A DNA stretch of 64,000 bases from Raja brachyura. Taxonomy: Eukaryota. The position numbers and the translations under genes are program-made. Every line of letters starts with the position of its first letter. Within the stretch, counting starts at the first letter, position 1. This document shows positions 1 to 11,660 of this stretch, in pieces. The DNA lies in the NCBI GenBank assembly GCA_963514005.1, contig OY740813.1:8370001-8434000 (forward strand), in the 5' to 3' direction. The notes beneath the pieces were generated by a model. The model was not told the DNA's origin. It searched no databases and saw only the letters and a list, made by a program, of their open reading frames with translations.

Positions 1-260
1 TTTTGTGTCTATCTTAGATAAACAACTTTATGTCCCGTTTCATTGCCTCGGCCACTGAAGTGCTTTTGAAGGGTAGTAACAATTTGATACATGAAATGCA
101 GTAGCAAGATCTCTAAAATAGTCATAAATTAACCAGATGAACATCAGTGTTGGTGGACACAGGTGAGGAGGGCGGATTGGTTGGAACAAAGGCCAGTGAT
201 TGAAACGGGTGTGAGACAGATGGAAGGGGGAGTTGAAAATTGTGAAGACAGAGGAAGGAA

Positions 261-500
261 TGTGGGACCCAAAGTGCTGGAGTAACATCACGGTTCAGGC
301 AGCATCTCTGGCGAACATTGATGGGTGACATTTTTAGTCGGGACCTATGGAAGGGGAGGGGAAAATGGTGGGAGTCCTGAAAGAGCACAGAGGAGGGGGG
401 AGAGATAGGGAGGGAATGGCGGAAAAAGGGGGGGACTGTTAGATGTTCCTTAAACTTGGAGATTTCGATGTTCATTCCGCAAGATTGTAAGCTACCCATG
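261..500 (-). mobile_element. Penelope-like element 3' remnant (end of GIY-YIG endonuclease plus terminal repeat)
   Basis: Minus strand reads GSLQSCGMNIEISKF (Penelope GIY-YIG end, typically LGxLQPxGxNIEFxxF), followed by the gatgctgcctga...gttactccagcac terminal motif. Confidence 0.65.
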
Positions 501-2029
501 ACGAGGGTTCATAAGCTGGAGGCACAATGGCAGCATAACTGAGAACATTCTGCCTGGGCACTCCTGAACATTGGAGGGACTTTGAGCCTCTATCTGTCAG
601 GCAGCTGCTCACTGGGCCTCTGACGCCCTCGACTGGTGTTGAGTGGAACTGCGGCAGGACCAAAAGTTCCAACCACATTTCACAACAAAGATCCTATAGC
701 TCCGCTATAGGATCTTTGTTTCACAGTAAACACCATCTTTGGTAAACAGCACCCAGAAACATCTCTCTTGCTCTTACCCCATGTGACTCTCTGTTAATCG
801 TTCCTTCTCTACCTCTATTTCTCTGACTATTTGTCTGCCTCGATCTCTATCTTTTTCTACTTCTGGTTTGTAGAGTACTAAGATTCATTGATATTTCAAA
901 AGTCTTTAAACAACTGGAGGTTCTAACCAAATGAATGCATCTTTTACAAGTTCGGTGCATGAGAAATAATATTGGGGAATGAGGAGAGGGTAGGAAATTA
1001 AATACTTTTTGTGAAAATAAATATTGCAATGAACATCCACACTTCCATCGTCCTTGTTGGTACCAGGTTCCAGGTCATTACCAAAGATTATACATCCTCT
1101 ATAATCTTTGGTCATTACCACTCGCTGCGTAAGAAATCATTTTCACGTTTCTGCCGCATATTTAACTTGGTGTCCCTTAAACCATTACTGTAATTTAACA
1201 GCAGCAGTTGTTCCTTGTCTACCATATCCAAACTTTTCTCAATAACCTTGTTCACTCCAAAGAAAACAACTTCAGCTTCACCAACCTAATGTTGTAGCTA
1301 AAATCCTTTCTGCCTCCTATGGATTTTCACATCTTTTCCCCTCATGATCTTACAGGTCTCAAACCTTTGTGAAGACAGAACCAAAGTATTTCTTCAGATG
1401 TTGCCATTATAAACTCCTGTTCAGTTCAGTTTAGTGTATAGTCACGTGTACCAAGGTACAATGAAAAGCTTAAGCCACTATACAGAGCTTCCATCCTTTA
1501 CTGAGGGTGAACAAACTGTGTTTGATGCAAAGCTTTAAAACCCATGTCACATAAAAGTAAATGCACAGTTAACATACCACAATAATGTTTACATCTGTAA
1601 CTCCCCCCCCCCCCCCCCACCCCACGGGAAATCTTTATTTGTCATTAACTTGTTTTCCTTTGGGCCAATTTGAAATGGCACTTCTTGCAATGGATTCAAT
1701 AGAGTTCAAAATAATTAATTTAGTATTTGTTTTAGCTTTATCGATACAGGATGAAGACGGGCCCTTTGGTCCACTGAGTCCACTTTGGAACATATCAACA
1801 GTGCATTTGTGCAAAAATCAAATTGCTGGAGGAACTCAGTGGGTCAGGCAGCATTGGTGGAGAGAAATGGGCAGGCGACTGCCTGATTCACGGAGTTCCT
1901 CCAGCAGACTGGTTATCGCTCAAGATTCTGATTTTGCATTGACAGTGTGGGTCTTCTCCGGGTGCTCGGTTTATTCCCACATTCCAAAGATGTACAGGTT
2001 TGTTGGGTAATTGGCCTAAGTAATGACAC

Positions 2030-2303
2030 ACTGATCAACCTGAGGAGCACCTTCAGCAACACACTGGTTCCACCAAGATGCAGGACAGAACGCCGCATCA
2101 GATCCTTCTTCTCTGTGGCTATCAAACTGTACAACTCCTCCCCCTTCTGTCATGGAGTAGACTAACTCCCCCTCCTCGATCTTTGAACATACCCAACTTT
2201 TTCCACTCGTCACTTTAATTTCATATTTCATGTATTTTGTGTTTTATGACTGTTGGTGAAGTCAATTTCTTTCCTGGGATAAATAAAGTTATATGGTATC
2301 GTA
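2030..2303 (+). mobile_element. Rex1/Babar-like LINE 3' fragment
   Basis: Reads STFSNTLVPPRCRTERRIRSFFSVAIKLYN, then a 3' UTR with AATAAA. Confidence 0.65.
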
Positions 2304-2306
2304 ACA

Positions 2307-2475
2307 TGGAAACATAGAAAATAGGTGCAGGAGTAGGCAATTCGGCCCCTCGAGCCAGCACCGCAATTCAATGTGACCATGGCTGATCATCCACAATCAG
2401 TACCCCGTTCCTGCTTTCTCCCCATACCCCTTGATTCTGATAGCCCTGAGAGCTCTATCTAACTCTCTCTTTTAA
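2307..2475 (-). mobile_element. CR1 (HER1-type) LINE 3' end
   Basis: gaaacatagaaaataggtgcaggagtagg... tail shared with the other CR1 copies in the window. Confidence 0.8.
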
Positions 2476-2544
2476 ACATCATATAATAAATAGACTTTCA
2501 GAAAGCTTTTAGTAAATAGACTTTCAAAAAACATCGTATAGTAT

Positions 2545-3725
2545 CTAGACTTTCAGAAAGCCTTTGATGTATCTAGCCTTTCAAAAAGCCTTTGATAAGG
2601 TCCCACACGGGTAACTGGTGACTAAAATTAGAGCACATGGTATTGAGGGTAGGGTGTTGGCATGGATAGAAAATTGGTTGACAGACCGGAAGCAAAGAGT
2701 AGGAGTGAACGGGTCCTTTTCAGAATGGCAGGCAGTGGCGAGTGGAGTGCCGCAAGGCTTGGTGTTGGGGCCGCAACTGTTTACCATATATATTAATGAT
2801 TTGGAAGAGTGAATTAGGAGCAACACTAGCAAGTTTGTGGATGACATAAAGCTTGGTGGCAGTGTGAACTGTGAAGAGGATGTTAGGAGGTTGCAGGGTG
2901 ACCTGGACCGGTTGAATGAGTGGGCAGATGCGTGGCAGATGCAGTATAATATAGATAAATGTGAGGTTATCCAAGGGGGCCGATTATTATCTCAATAGGG
3001 TTAGGTTAGGTAAGGGGGAGGTGCAGCGAGATCTGGGCGTCCTTGTCACTGAAAGTTGGCTTACAGGTCCAGCAGGCAGTGAAGAAAGCTAATGGAATGT
3101 TGGTCTTCATAACAAGAGGATTTCAGTATAGGAGTAAAGAGGTTCTTCTGCAGTTGTATAGGGCTCTGGTGAGACCACATCTGGAGTATTGCATACAGTT
3201 TTGGTCTCCTAATTTGAGGAAGGACATCCTTGTGATTGAGGCACTGCAGCGTAGGTTCACGACATTGATCCCTGGGATGGCGGGACTGTCAGATGAGGAA
3301 AGATTGAAAAGACTAGGCTTGTATTCACTGGAGTTTAGAAGGATGAGGGGGGATCTTATAGAAACATATAAAATTATAAAAGGACTGGACAAGCTAGATG
3401 CAGGAAAATGTTCCCAATGTTGGGCGAGTCCAGAACCAGGGGCCACAGTCTTAGAATAAAGGGGAGGTCATTTAAGACTGAGAAATAACTTTTTCACCCA
3501 GAGAATTGTGAATTTTTGGAATTCCCTGCCACAGAGGGCAGTGGAGGCCAAATCACTGGATGGATTTAAAAGAGAGTTAGATAGAACACGAGGGGCTAGT
3601 GGAGTCAAGGGATATGGGGAGAAGGCAGGCATTGATAGGGGACGATCAGCCATGATCACAATGAATGGCGGTGCTGGCTCGAAGGGCCGAATGGCCTCCT
3701 CCTGCACCTATTTTCTATGTTTCTA
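2545..3725 (+). mobile_element. 5'-truncated CR1 (HER1-type) LINE with frameshifted RT
   Basis: [60 protein letters not shown]; ends ctatgtttcta. Confidence 0.92.
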
Positions 3726-3794
3726 AATACTTCAAGAGGAGACGTGGGGCGGAGACCAAGGGCACTAGCTCCTGCTCTGAGCCAAGATATCAGG

Positions 3795-4617
3795 CCAAGT
3801 TACAAGGTTAATTCCCGGGATGGCGGGACTGTCATATGCTGAGAGAATGGAGCAGCTGGGCTTGTACACTCTGGAGTTTAGAAGGATGAGAGGGAATCTC
3901 ATTTAAACATATAAGATTGTTAAGGGCTTAGAAACATAGAAAAATAGGTGCAGGAGTAGGCCATTCGGCCCTTCGAGCCTGCACCGCCATTCAATGTGAT
4001 CATGGCTGATCATCCAACTCAGTATCCCGTACCTGCCTTCTCTCCATACCCCCTGATTCCTTTAGCCACAAGTGCCACATCTAACGCCCTCTTAAATATA
4101 GCCAATGAACTGGCCTCAACTACCTTCTGTGGCAGAGAATTCCAGAGACTCACCACTCTCTGTGTAAAGAATGTTTTCCTCATCTCGGTCCTAAAGGAAT
4201 TCCCCCTTATCCTTAGACTGTGACCCCCTGTTCTGGACTCCCCCAACATCGGGAACAATGTTTGGACATGTTTGGCTTGGACATGCTAGAGGCAGGAAAC
4301 ATGTTCCTGATGTTGGGGGAGTCCAGAACCAGGGCCCATAGTTTAAGAATAAGGAGTAAGCCATTTAGAACGGAGGCGAGGAAACACTTTTTCTCACAGA
4401 GAGTGGTGAGTCTGTGGAATTCTCTACCTCAGAGGGCGGTGGAGGCTGGTTCTATGGATACTTTCAAGAGAGAGCTAGATAGGGCTCTTAAAAATAGCGG
4501 AGTCAGGGGATATGGGGAGAAGGCAGGAACGGGGAACTGATTGGGGATGATCAGCCGTGATCAGGTTGAATGGCGGTGCTGGCTCAAAGGGCCGAATGGC
4601 CTACTCCTGCACCTATT
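3795..4617 (+). mobile_element. CR1 LINE 3' fragment interrupted by an antisense CR1 at 3930-4260
   Basis: LIPGMAGL...YKIVKG sequence breaks at 3930 and resumes ggcttggacatgctagaggcagg near 4274. Confidence 0.85.
3930..4260 (-). mobile_element. Nested CR1 LINE 3' end
   Basis: Minus strand FPMLGESRTGGHSLRIRG...FFTQRVVSLWNSLPQ plus CR1 tail. Confidence 0.88.
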
Positions 4618-4989
4618 AATGTTTTATTATTAATAATGTTTAGTGTTTTCTGAGTCATTCGTAACTGTCATATTGTTAGTTGTGGGCGGAGCACGCAGGC
4701 AAATTCCTTGTATGTGAATATTTGGCCAATAAACTTACTTACTAACTACTTCTGCACCTATTGTCCATTGTCTATTGTCCATTGACATGACATTTATGAC
4801 TTCGTGCTTCACTTCGGCTAATTCCGTCACGGAAACGCCGAAGTCTTCGAGCGCCGACTTTGCTTAAAAATATGGTGCCCTCATAATTTGACGATCTTGT
4901 ACCAAACACTCGTGTAAATAGTTTGCAGAGAAAACAAAAAAAAAACAAATACCTTTTCTGGAAAGATCTTTCCCTTCGTTTGGGAATGG

Positions 4990-5135
4990 TGGGTGGGGGG
5001 GGGGGGGTGATGACGCCACGACGCCGGGCGTGCGCAACGTCACGACGTACCCGACGACGGGCGACCCGCGACGTAAACCCGGCGCGTGACGTCACGATGT
5101 ACACGTCGCCGCTTGGCGAGTGAAGATGGCGCCGG
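4990..5135 (+). promoter_or_regulatory. CpG-island promoter of SEC16A with CRE/ACGT-core cluster and YY1-like motif
   Basis: Very CpG-dense segment. Perfect CRE palindrome CGTGACGTCACG at 5085-5096, TGACGCCACG at 5011-5020, ACGTCAC at 5037-5043, AAGATGGCG at 5123-5131. Followed by a splice donor at 5200. Confidence 0.75.
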
Positions 5136-5199
5136 TTGTCCGCTCGGTCGGCTCAGTAACGGCGCGGAGCGGAGCCGCTCGATCCCAGGGCTGGACCAG
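5100..5199 (+). other. SEC16A: Probable first (5' UTR) exon of SEC16A; start approximate
   Basis: GC-rich segment ending in CAG|GTGAGG (5199/5200). A matching acceptor ctctctcccccacAG ends at 18422, 78 nt upstream of the ATG. Confidence 0.65.
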
Positions 5200-5593
5200 G
5201 TGAGGACGCGCCCCTCCTGTATCGGTGTGTCTAAGGGCGAGCGCAGGAGGCGGCGGTCAGACTGATGACATCTCGATTGAGGTGGTGGGAGGCTGCCATG
5301 TGTAGGCCCGGTGGGGAGGGTGGAAGCCGGGGGTTCGGCGGCCAACATCGAAGGGATTTACAGGAGTCGCTGTCTCAAAAAGGAAGGCAGCCAGCATCAT
5401 CAGAGACCCACACCACCCACCCTGACCATACACTCATTTCACCATTGCCATCGGGAAGAAGGTACAGGAGCCCGCAAACTGCTACGTCCGGGTTCAGGAA
5501 CAGCTTCTTCCCCACAGCCATCAGGCTCCAACGACCTCCAAATAAGCTCATAAATACATACACTTGCTGGCATTGGTTTTGTCATTTTGCAGT

Positions 5594-6020
5594 NNNNNNN
5601 NNNNNNNNNNNNNNNNNNNNNNNNNNNNNNNNNNNNNNNNNNNNNNNNNNNNNNNNNNNNNNNNNNNNNNNNNNNNNNNNNNNNNNNNNNNNNNNNNNNN
5701 NNNNNNNNNNNNNNNNNNNNNNNNNNNNNNNNNNNNNNNNNNNNNNNNNNNNNNNNNNNNNNNNNNNNNNNNNNNNNNNNNNNNNNNNNNNNNNNNNNNN
5801 NNNNNNNNNNNNNNNNNNNNNNNNNNNNNNNNNNNNNNNNNNNNNNNNNNNNNNNNNNNNNNNNNNNNNNNNNNNNNNNNNNNNNNNNNNNNNNNNNNNN
5901 NNNNNNNNNNNNNNNNNNNNNNNNNNNNNNNNNNNNNNNNNNNNNNNNNNNNNNNNNNNNNNNNNNNNNNNNNNNNNNNNNNNNNNNNNNNNNNNNNNNN
6001 NNNNNNNNNNNNNNNNNNNN
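5594..6020. other. Assembly gap (427 N)
   Basis: Run of N. Confidence 1.
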
Positions 6021-6565
6021 TATGTGTGCGCATATATATATGTGCGCATATATATATGTGTGCGCATATATATATGTGTGCGCATATATATATGGGTGCG
6101 CATATATATATGGGTGCGCATATATATATGGGTGCGCATATATATATGGGTGCGCATATATATACGTGGGTGCGCATATATATACGTGGGTGCGCATATA
6201 TATACGTGGGTGCGCATATATATACGTGGGTGCGCATATATATACGTGGGTGCGCATATATATACGTGGGTGCGCATATATATACGTGGGTGCGCATATA
6301 TATACGCGTGGGTGCGCATATATATACGCGTGTGTGCGCATATATATACGCGTGTGTGCGCATATATATACGCGTGTGTGCGCATATATACACGCGTGTG
6401 TGCGCATATATACGCGTGTGTGCGCATATATACGCGTGTGCGTATATATACGCGTGTGTGCGTATATATGCGTGTAATGTGTGTGCGTATATATGCGTGT
6501 AATGTGTGTGCATATATATGCGTGTAATGTGTGTGCATGTGTGTGTATATGTGTGTGAGTGTATG
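6021..6565. repeat. Alternating purine-pyrimidine minisatellite (18-25 bp units around tgcgcatatata)
   Basis: Tandem units such as tatacgtgggtgcgcatata. Confidence 0.97.
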
Positions 6566-9500
6566 TCCACAACTTTTTCTTGTTTATACTGTTTACAGTG
6601 TACCATGTTTACATATTCTGTTGTGCTGCTGCAAGTAAGAATTTCATTATTCTATCTGGAACATATGGCAATAAAACACTCTTAACTCTTGACAGTGACC
6701 CAGGTCCCTCACTCATTCTCTCCCTGTGGGGATGACTGCCTGGTTTGTTGGAGGCGGTTGAAGGAGGTGGCCAACAGGGCAAAGGCTGATGTTAAAGGGC
6801 AAGGTCTGAACTAAATTAAGATTGGAAGTTGCAAAGCTTTAGGTGTTTTTGCAGGGGAGGGATGGTAGTTGGCCGTGAGTTACGTAGGTCTGACTGGGGA
6901 GTAAACAGAAAATGTTGAAAACATTCAACAAGTCGGCCAAGGGGAATAGTCTTCGACCTGAACGTTAACTGTTTCTCCTTCCACAGATGCAGCCTGACCT
7001 GCTGACTCTTTCGAGCATTTTCTGTTTTTATTTGAGATTTTCAGATTTTTACTTACTGTAATGGGGTGGAGATTTGGAAATTGGGGCTCAGATTGGTAGC
7101 TGCAGCCTCGGAAAATACTTGTTATCCTTTCATTTTATTTCACCTATTTTTCTCCCTACTGTCAGTCACTTTCTGCCACTGACCTGTTTTATGGGCTGTA
7201 TTAAAACTGTCTGCACACAGTTCAAACCTTTGAACATCGCACATTCTCTTGATCATGCATGCAGAGGCTATTTGATTCTCAACTGCAGCACAGTGAGTAG
7301 CATGTGAAGGGATTGCGAGTTTAAACGCAACTTTACAGATTTCTCATAATTCAAGATGATCTGCACTGCAGTGTTCAGGAAGCAGTGCACAATTGGGGCT
7401 AATATTTTTTGAAAAAAATTAAACCGAAGCCTGGATTGCACTCAGAGCAATGTAAAATATTTTATGATACCATTTGAAGGACTAGGAAGTTATCTTTGTC
7501 CTTGTGAATATTTATTCATCACACAACATCCTTTATTATTTATTAATTTTTATGATTCAGTGCCACGTAATTTTTTTTTTCTCCCAGCTGACTATTCATT
7601 GCTCATTGCGTTTCTTACAGATGAAAGGCATTTTTAACGTGTTATTGTGAGTTGTCAGTCTTTAACTGGCATTGATAGATGTTTAATTGTGACGTGGAAC
7701 TTTGGAAAAGTGAAAAGAGTTAATATATAATTAACTTTGACATTTCAATGGGCTTAAAACGCTGGCCAACGATTGTTTCTGATGCAGGAACAAACGTGTA
7801 CTTGAAGCAGGGGAAAGGGATGATCTTTAAGGTGAAATTTCGATCAGTCAGATGGAATCAGAGGAGTACAATGTTTTTATGTTTCTGTGATTATTAGTAT
7901 ATTTTACAGAATGCTGTGACTTGTAGTGGATTGAAATTGGTACTAGCAGCCCAGTTGTTGTGAACTGGGAGTGGGTTTCAGCTGGAGCAGGATATAAGAA
8001 TACAAACAAAAGCAGGAGAGAGCCATTAGACCCTTTAATCCCGTGTTGCTGTTGATTACCAATCTGCCCCATGTGCATATCTTATTCTAGCAGCATATGT
8101 TGAGAGCAGCAAAATTGTCTCTCTTTTTTCATTAATATATTTTTCACACTGATGTCACCTGTAACACCCTTAAATTGAGAGCTGCCAGCTCAGCACTGAC
8201 TGGATCGTCCTTGCCTGACTGGCTCAGTATTGCACAAGGCAGTGCACGCATCTCATTTTAAAAACATTTGTTTGGTATTAAAAACATGTTTGTCCATTTG
8301 TCAATTTCTAATTAATCTCTTTTAATCTGGGACTTTGGTTTAATATATTCTTGGGATATATGCATTGCTGGTAAAACCAGTTGTTTATTATCCATCCTGT
8401 AGTTGATCTGAAAAGGTGATAGTGATAGCCTTTTGAGGTGTGCTTGTATCACAATCTGCTAAACCATCCCCAAATCACCCAAGACCAAGCTGGATGTGCC
8501 CTGGTGTCATTTTATCACTTCACTTCAGTCTTGCAATTTTTAGTACTCTGACCACCAAGGTGACTGTTCTTTTGACTGCTCAGTTTGCAACAGGAGTAAA
8601 TTAATGCAAGGGAAGGAAATGTGTATTCATACAGATTTTTAATAACTTATGGGATTTGCAAGGGTGTTTTAGATATGAAGTACTTTTTCACTTTTTGAAG
8701 TGTCACTAATATTGTGGATAGCAAATCATTTCACTTAAAGTAAACTAAATTTCAGTCATACAGCATAGCAAAAGGCCACTTGGGCCACCATGTCTGTGCT
8801 GATCATCAATTACTGATCTATGCTAATCTCATTTGCCAGCACTTGGTCCATGGGCCTTTGATGCCTTTGCAATTCGTGCTCATCTATATACCATTTAAAT
8901 ACAAAGTATGTAATGAGGCATATACAATTAGGAGAGACATAAAATTCACACAGATACCCTCATTGCAAACCTATATCTAAGTGTTTTTAACACCTTTGCT
9001 ATGAGGAAAAGTTTCTTATTAACTCCCTTGTCTATGCCACACATCATTTTATATATCTCAATCCAGTCCCTCCTCATCCTCACCTGCTCCATGGAAAACA
9101 CAGCAGCCTGTCCAATGTCTCATTATGCAACACTCCATCACAGGTAGCATCTTGATGAATCTTCTCTGCAGTCACATCCTTTCTTTGTGCAGTAACCAGA
9201 ACTGCTCGGAGTATTCCAGTCATGGTCTAATCAATGTTTTATCAACTTGTACTATAACGTTGTATTCTGTGCCCTAGCTAATGGAGATCAGTATTATGTA
9301 CACTACCTTCATTACCGTGAGGATATTTGGACTCCTCAATGCTTTTTAGAACTACACTATTCATTATGTAAATGCAAGCACAGAAGGATACCATAAGCCA
9401 GTTTTGTCCTTTATTTCCTTTGTCTACCTTCTTGCATTCTCTTGCCTTTGGGATCATCTTCCAATATTGTCAAAGACTACTTCTGCACAGGCGTTTCTTC

Positions 9501-9589
9501 ATGGTATTGGCATGAGCATGGAGCTTAGTCTGTATGGTTGGGTGCTAGTGATGAAAGTGAGGCAAAGCTGGCTGATGGCATTACTAGAC

Positions 9590-10020
9590 ACTAGTTCAAT
9601 GGTGCTTTATTGTCACGTGCACTGCACAGTAAAATGCTTTTTGCTTAGATCATGCATGCACGAGTCTCGATATTTTAGCGCCGTTTACCAAAAGCCCAAA
9701 GTCTGGTCCACGTGCACTGTGTACTGGAGCGGCTCCCGATCCAGATAAACCTCAGGCTGTCGCAGTGCCTCCTCCGTCGCCCTTGACTGGCTCAGCCCAC
9801 AAACCAACGTGCCTCCTCACCCAACCACATCTGTGTCCTGAGGGCGCCTCCGGCAGCTGACCTCAAAGACACTAGAGGCGCGAATAACCCGGTCCTACCA
9901 GCCCACTTCTCCCGTCTGTCGTTTCCAGCAGCTCTCTCCTCCTCGACTCTCCGGTCTTTGGGGTCGACCCGGCGGGTCTTTTTTCGTTTGGCTCCATGGA
10001 GTGGTACATCCTGGGAGCCG
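9590..10020 (-). mobile_element. GC-rich non-autonomous retroelement with LINE-type 3' tail
   Basis: Minus-strand tail actgtgcagtgcacgtgacaataaagcaccattgaa; non-coding GC-rich body. Confidence 0.45.
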
Positions 10021-10929
10021 GGATCTAATTAGAAAGATCTAATTCTGGTTCCTTTGGGAAGTACATCAAGGCCTACTTGCGTTGCAAAGGAGATTTATTG
10101 GAATGGCTCCATAGTAAGTGATTTTAGATACCTGGTAAGATAGAAGAGTTGTGTGTTTTCCTTAAAGTATAGAATGTTCCCTGGCATTTTGATAGTGAAT
10201 AAGGAGAAATAGTTGCTGTCAGCAGGAGATTTTGGATAAGTTGCAAAAGGATTAGAGGGTAGATGGTATTTTCATTGTGTTGTCATCTTTGGCTCACTGT
10301 ATGAAATGATGGGAGCATATTAAAATTAACGTGCTGAAGGGAATTTTGTATAAATACTTGCAAAGATTGGGAGTAGGAGCAACTGAATATTTCCAGGAAA
10401 ACTGCTGGAATCATGTGAGGCTAAATGGTCTCCCGTGCGGAATGATTATGCTGTCAAATGAAGAGAAAGCTATGATTCTACAAATAGCTCACCAAGGGAA
10501 TGTTTGTTTGTGGATTCAGCAAAGGCTTAAATGAAATCAAATTGGGAATTGACTATCTGATCCAAATGTATCTTTCCTAAAATCTAAATCTAAATATACC
10601 ACCAAGAGGAAATTTGTACTAAATTTCCAATTTAGTGTTTTGCATTCACTTGAATCCAAATGGGAAATGCCTTTTAGTTTTAAATGCATCTTGCTTTTTG
10701 TTTCTGCACAGGATAGGCAGGATTTGACAAGAGGCTGTAACGAGTTTTCTATAAAGCCAAAATATTGCACAGCTTTGAAAATGTTCTGGTTTTAAGCTGC
10801 TATGTTGGTAAATGTGCTCCCGAGAGGAGTTTTGTACTGAAGATGACAGTGGGTAAGCTTGCATTTCCAATTTAGTGTTTTGCACTCACTGCTGAGGATG
10901 TGGTTGCCTCTATATTCAAGAAATAAAAT

Positions 10930-11660
10930 GCTGGCTGGGTGATTGCTTTGCAGAACACCTTTGTTTGGTCCACTGTTGTAACCCTCTGCTTTTAGTTGGC
11001 TGTCATTTTAATTCTCTATCCTGCTCCTACTTTGACCTATCAGTCTTTCGATTCCTGCACTGTTCCAATGAAAGGTTGAGGATCAGCACCTCTTCTTCTG
11101 CGTGGACATGTTGCAGTCTTTAAGACTTAATATTGAATTTAACAATTTAATGTACCTCGCATTCCTTGTTCATATTAGGACCACCAGTTATGTAAAGGCT
11201 ATCCATTTATGTTATGAACTCAATTTCTCTCTGCACTGATACTGACACGGACAAGTAATAAAATCAAAATAAATTAAAAAAAATCAAATACTTTCTGATC
11301 TGGGCATTTTCCATAACTTTGACTTGCCATTAGTGTGTTTATTTTATCTAACCCTTTATTAATCTGTTAACCACATGTTATCTGCATCATAATGCCTCAC
11401 TAATACTACCCCCACCCTATCATAATGCCTCACCAATCCTACCCCCACCCTTTCAAAGATTAATGGGGCCAAGAGAACGTCCTCTTTGCTTCCCCTCCCC
11501 CCCCCCCCCCCATTAAAAACAAGTTATCAGCTTTTTGCTTTTCCCCCAGTTCTGTGGAGGAGTCATCAACCAGCAATGTTATCTCTAGTTCTCTGTCTAT
11601 GGGTGCTGAGTGCCATTTGTTTTTTTCTCAGCTTCCGAATTTTTAATTTGTATTTCAGCA
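10930..11660 (+). mobile_element. Decayed Penelope-like element 3' end (GIY-YIG endonuclease plus degenerate hammerhead-bearing terminal repeat)
   Basis: LGDCFAEHL...VGCHFNS...DLSVFRFLHCSNE, frameshift, then EDQHLFF..MLQSLRLNIEFNN (10935-11150); degenerate terminal motif near 11550-11640. Confidence 0.75.

Larger units (their letters stand above)
5340..6692 (+). mobile_element. Rex1-like LINE 3' fragment spanning the gap and minisatellite
   Basis: HPDHTLISPLPSGRRYRSPQTATSGFRNSFFPTAIRL before the gap; tail ...ggcaataaaacactcttaactcttga at about 6692. Confidence 0.7.

Noticed and set aside
2618-3726. RT-like ORFs as a functional gene
   Set aside because: 5'-truncated CR1 with stops, deletions and frameshifts.
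6021-6565. CRISPR-like appearance of the repeat array
   Set aside because: Contiguous tandem units without unique spacers, in vertebrate DNA with no cas genes.
5265-6606. Long ORFs (296-420 aa) in all six frames
   Set aside because: Artefacts of the 427-N gap plus a stop-poor minisatellite; the only recognisable peptide is a Rex1-like LINE remnant.
11385-11452. About 33-bp tandem duplication
   Set aside because: Ordinary slippage duplication inside a decayed Penelope remnant.
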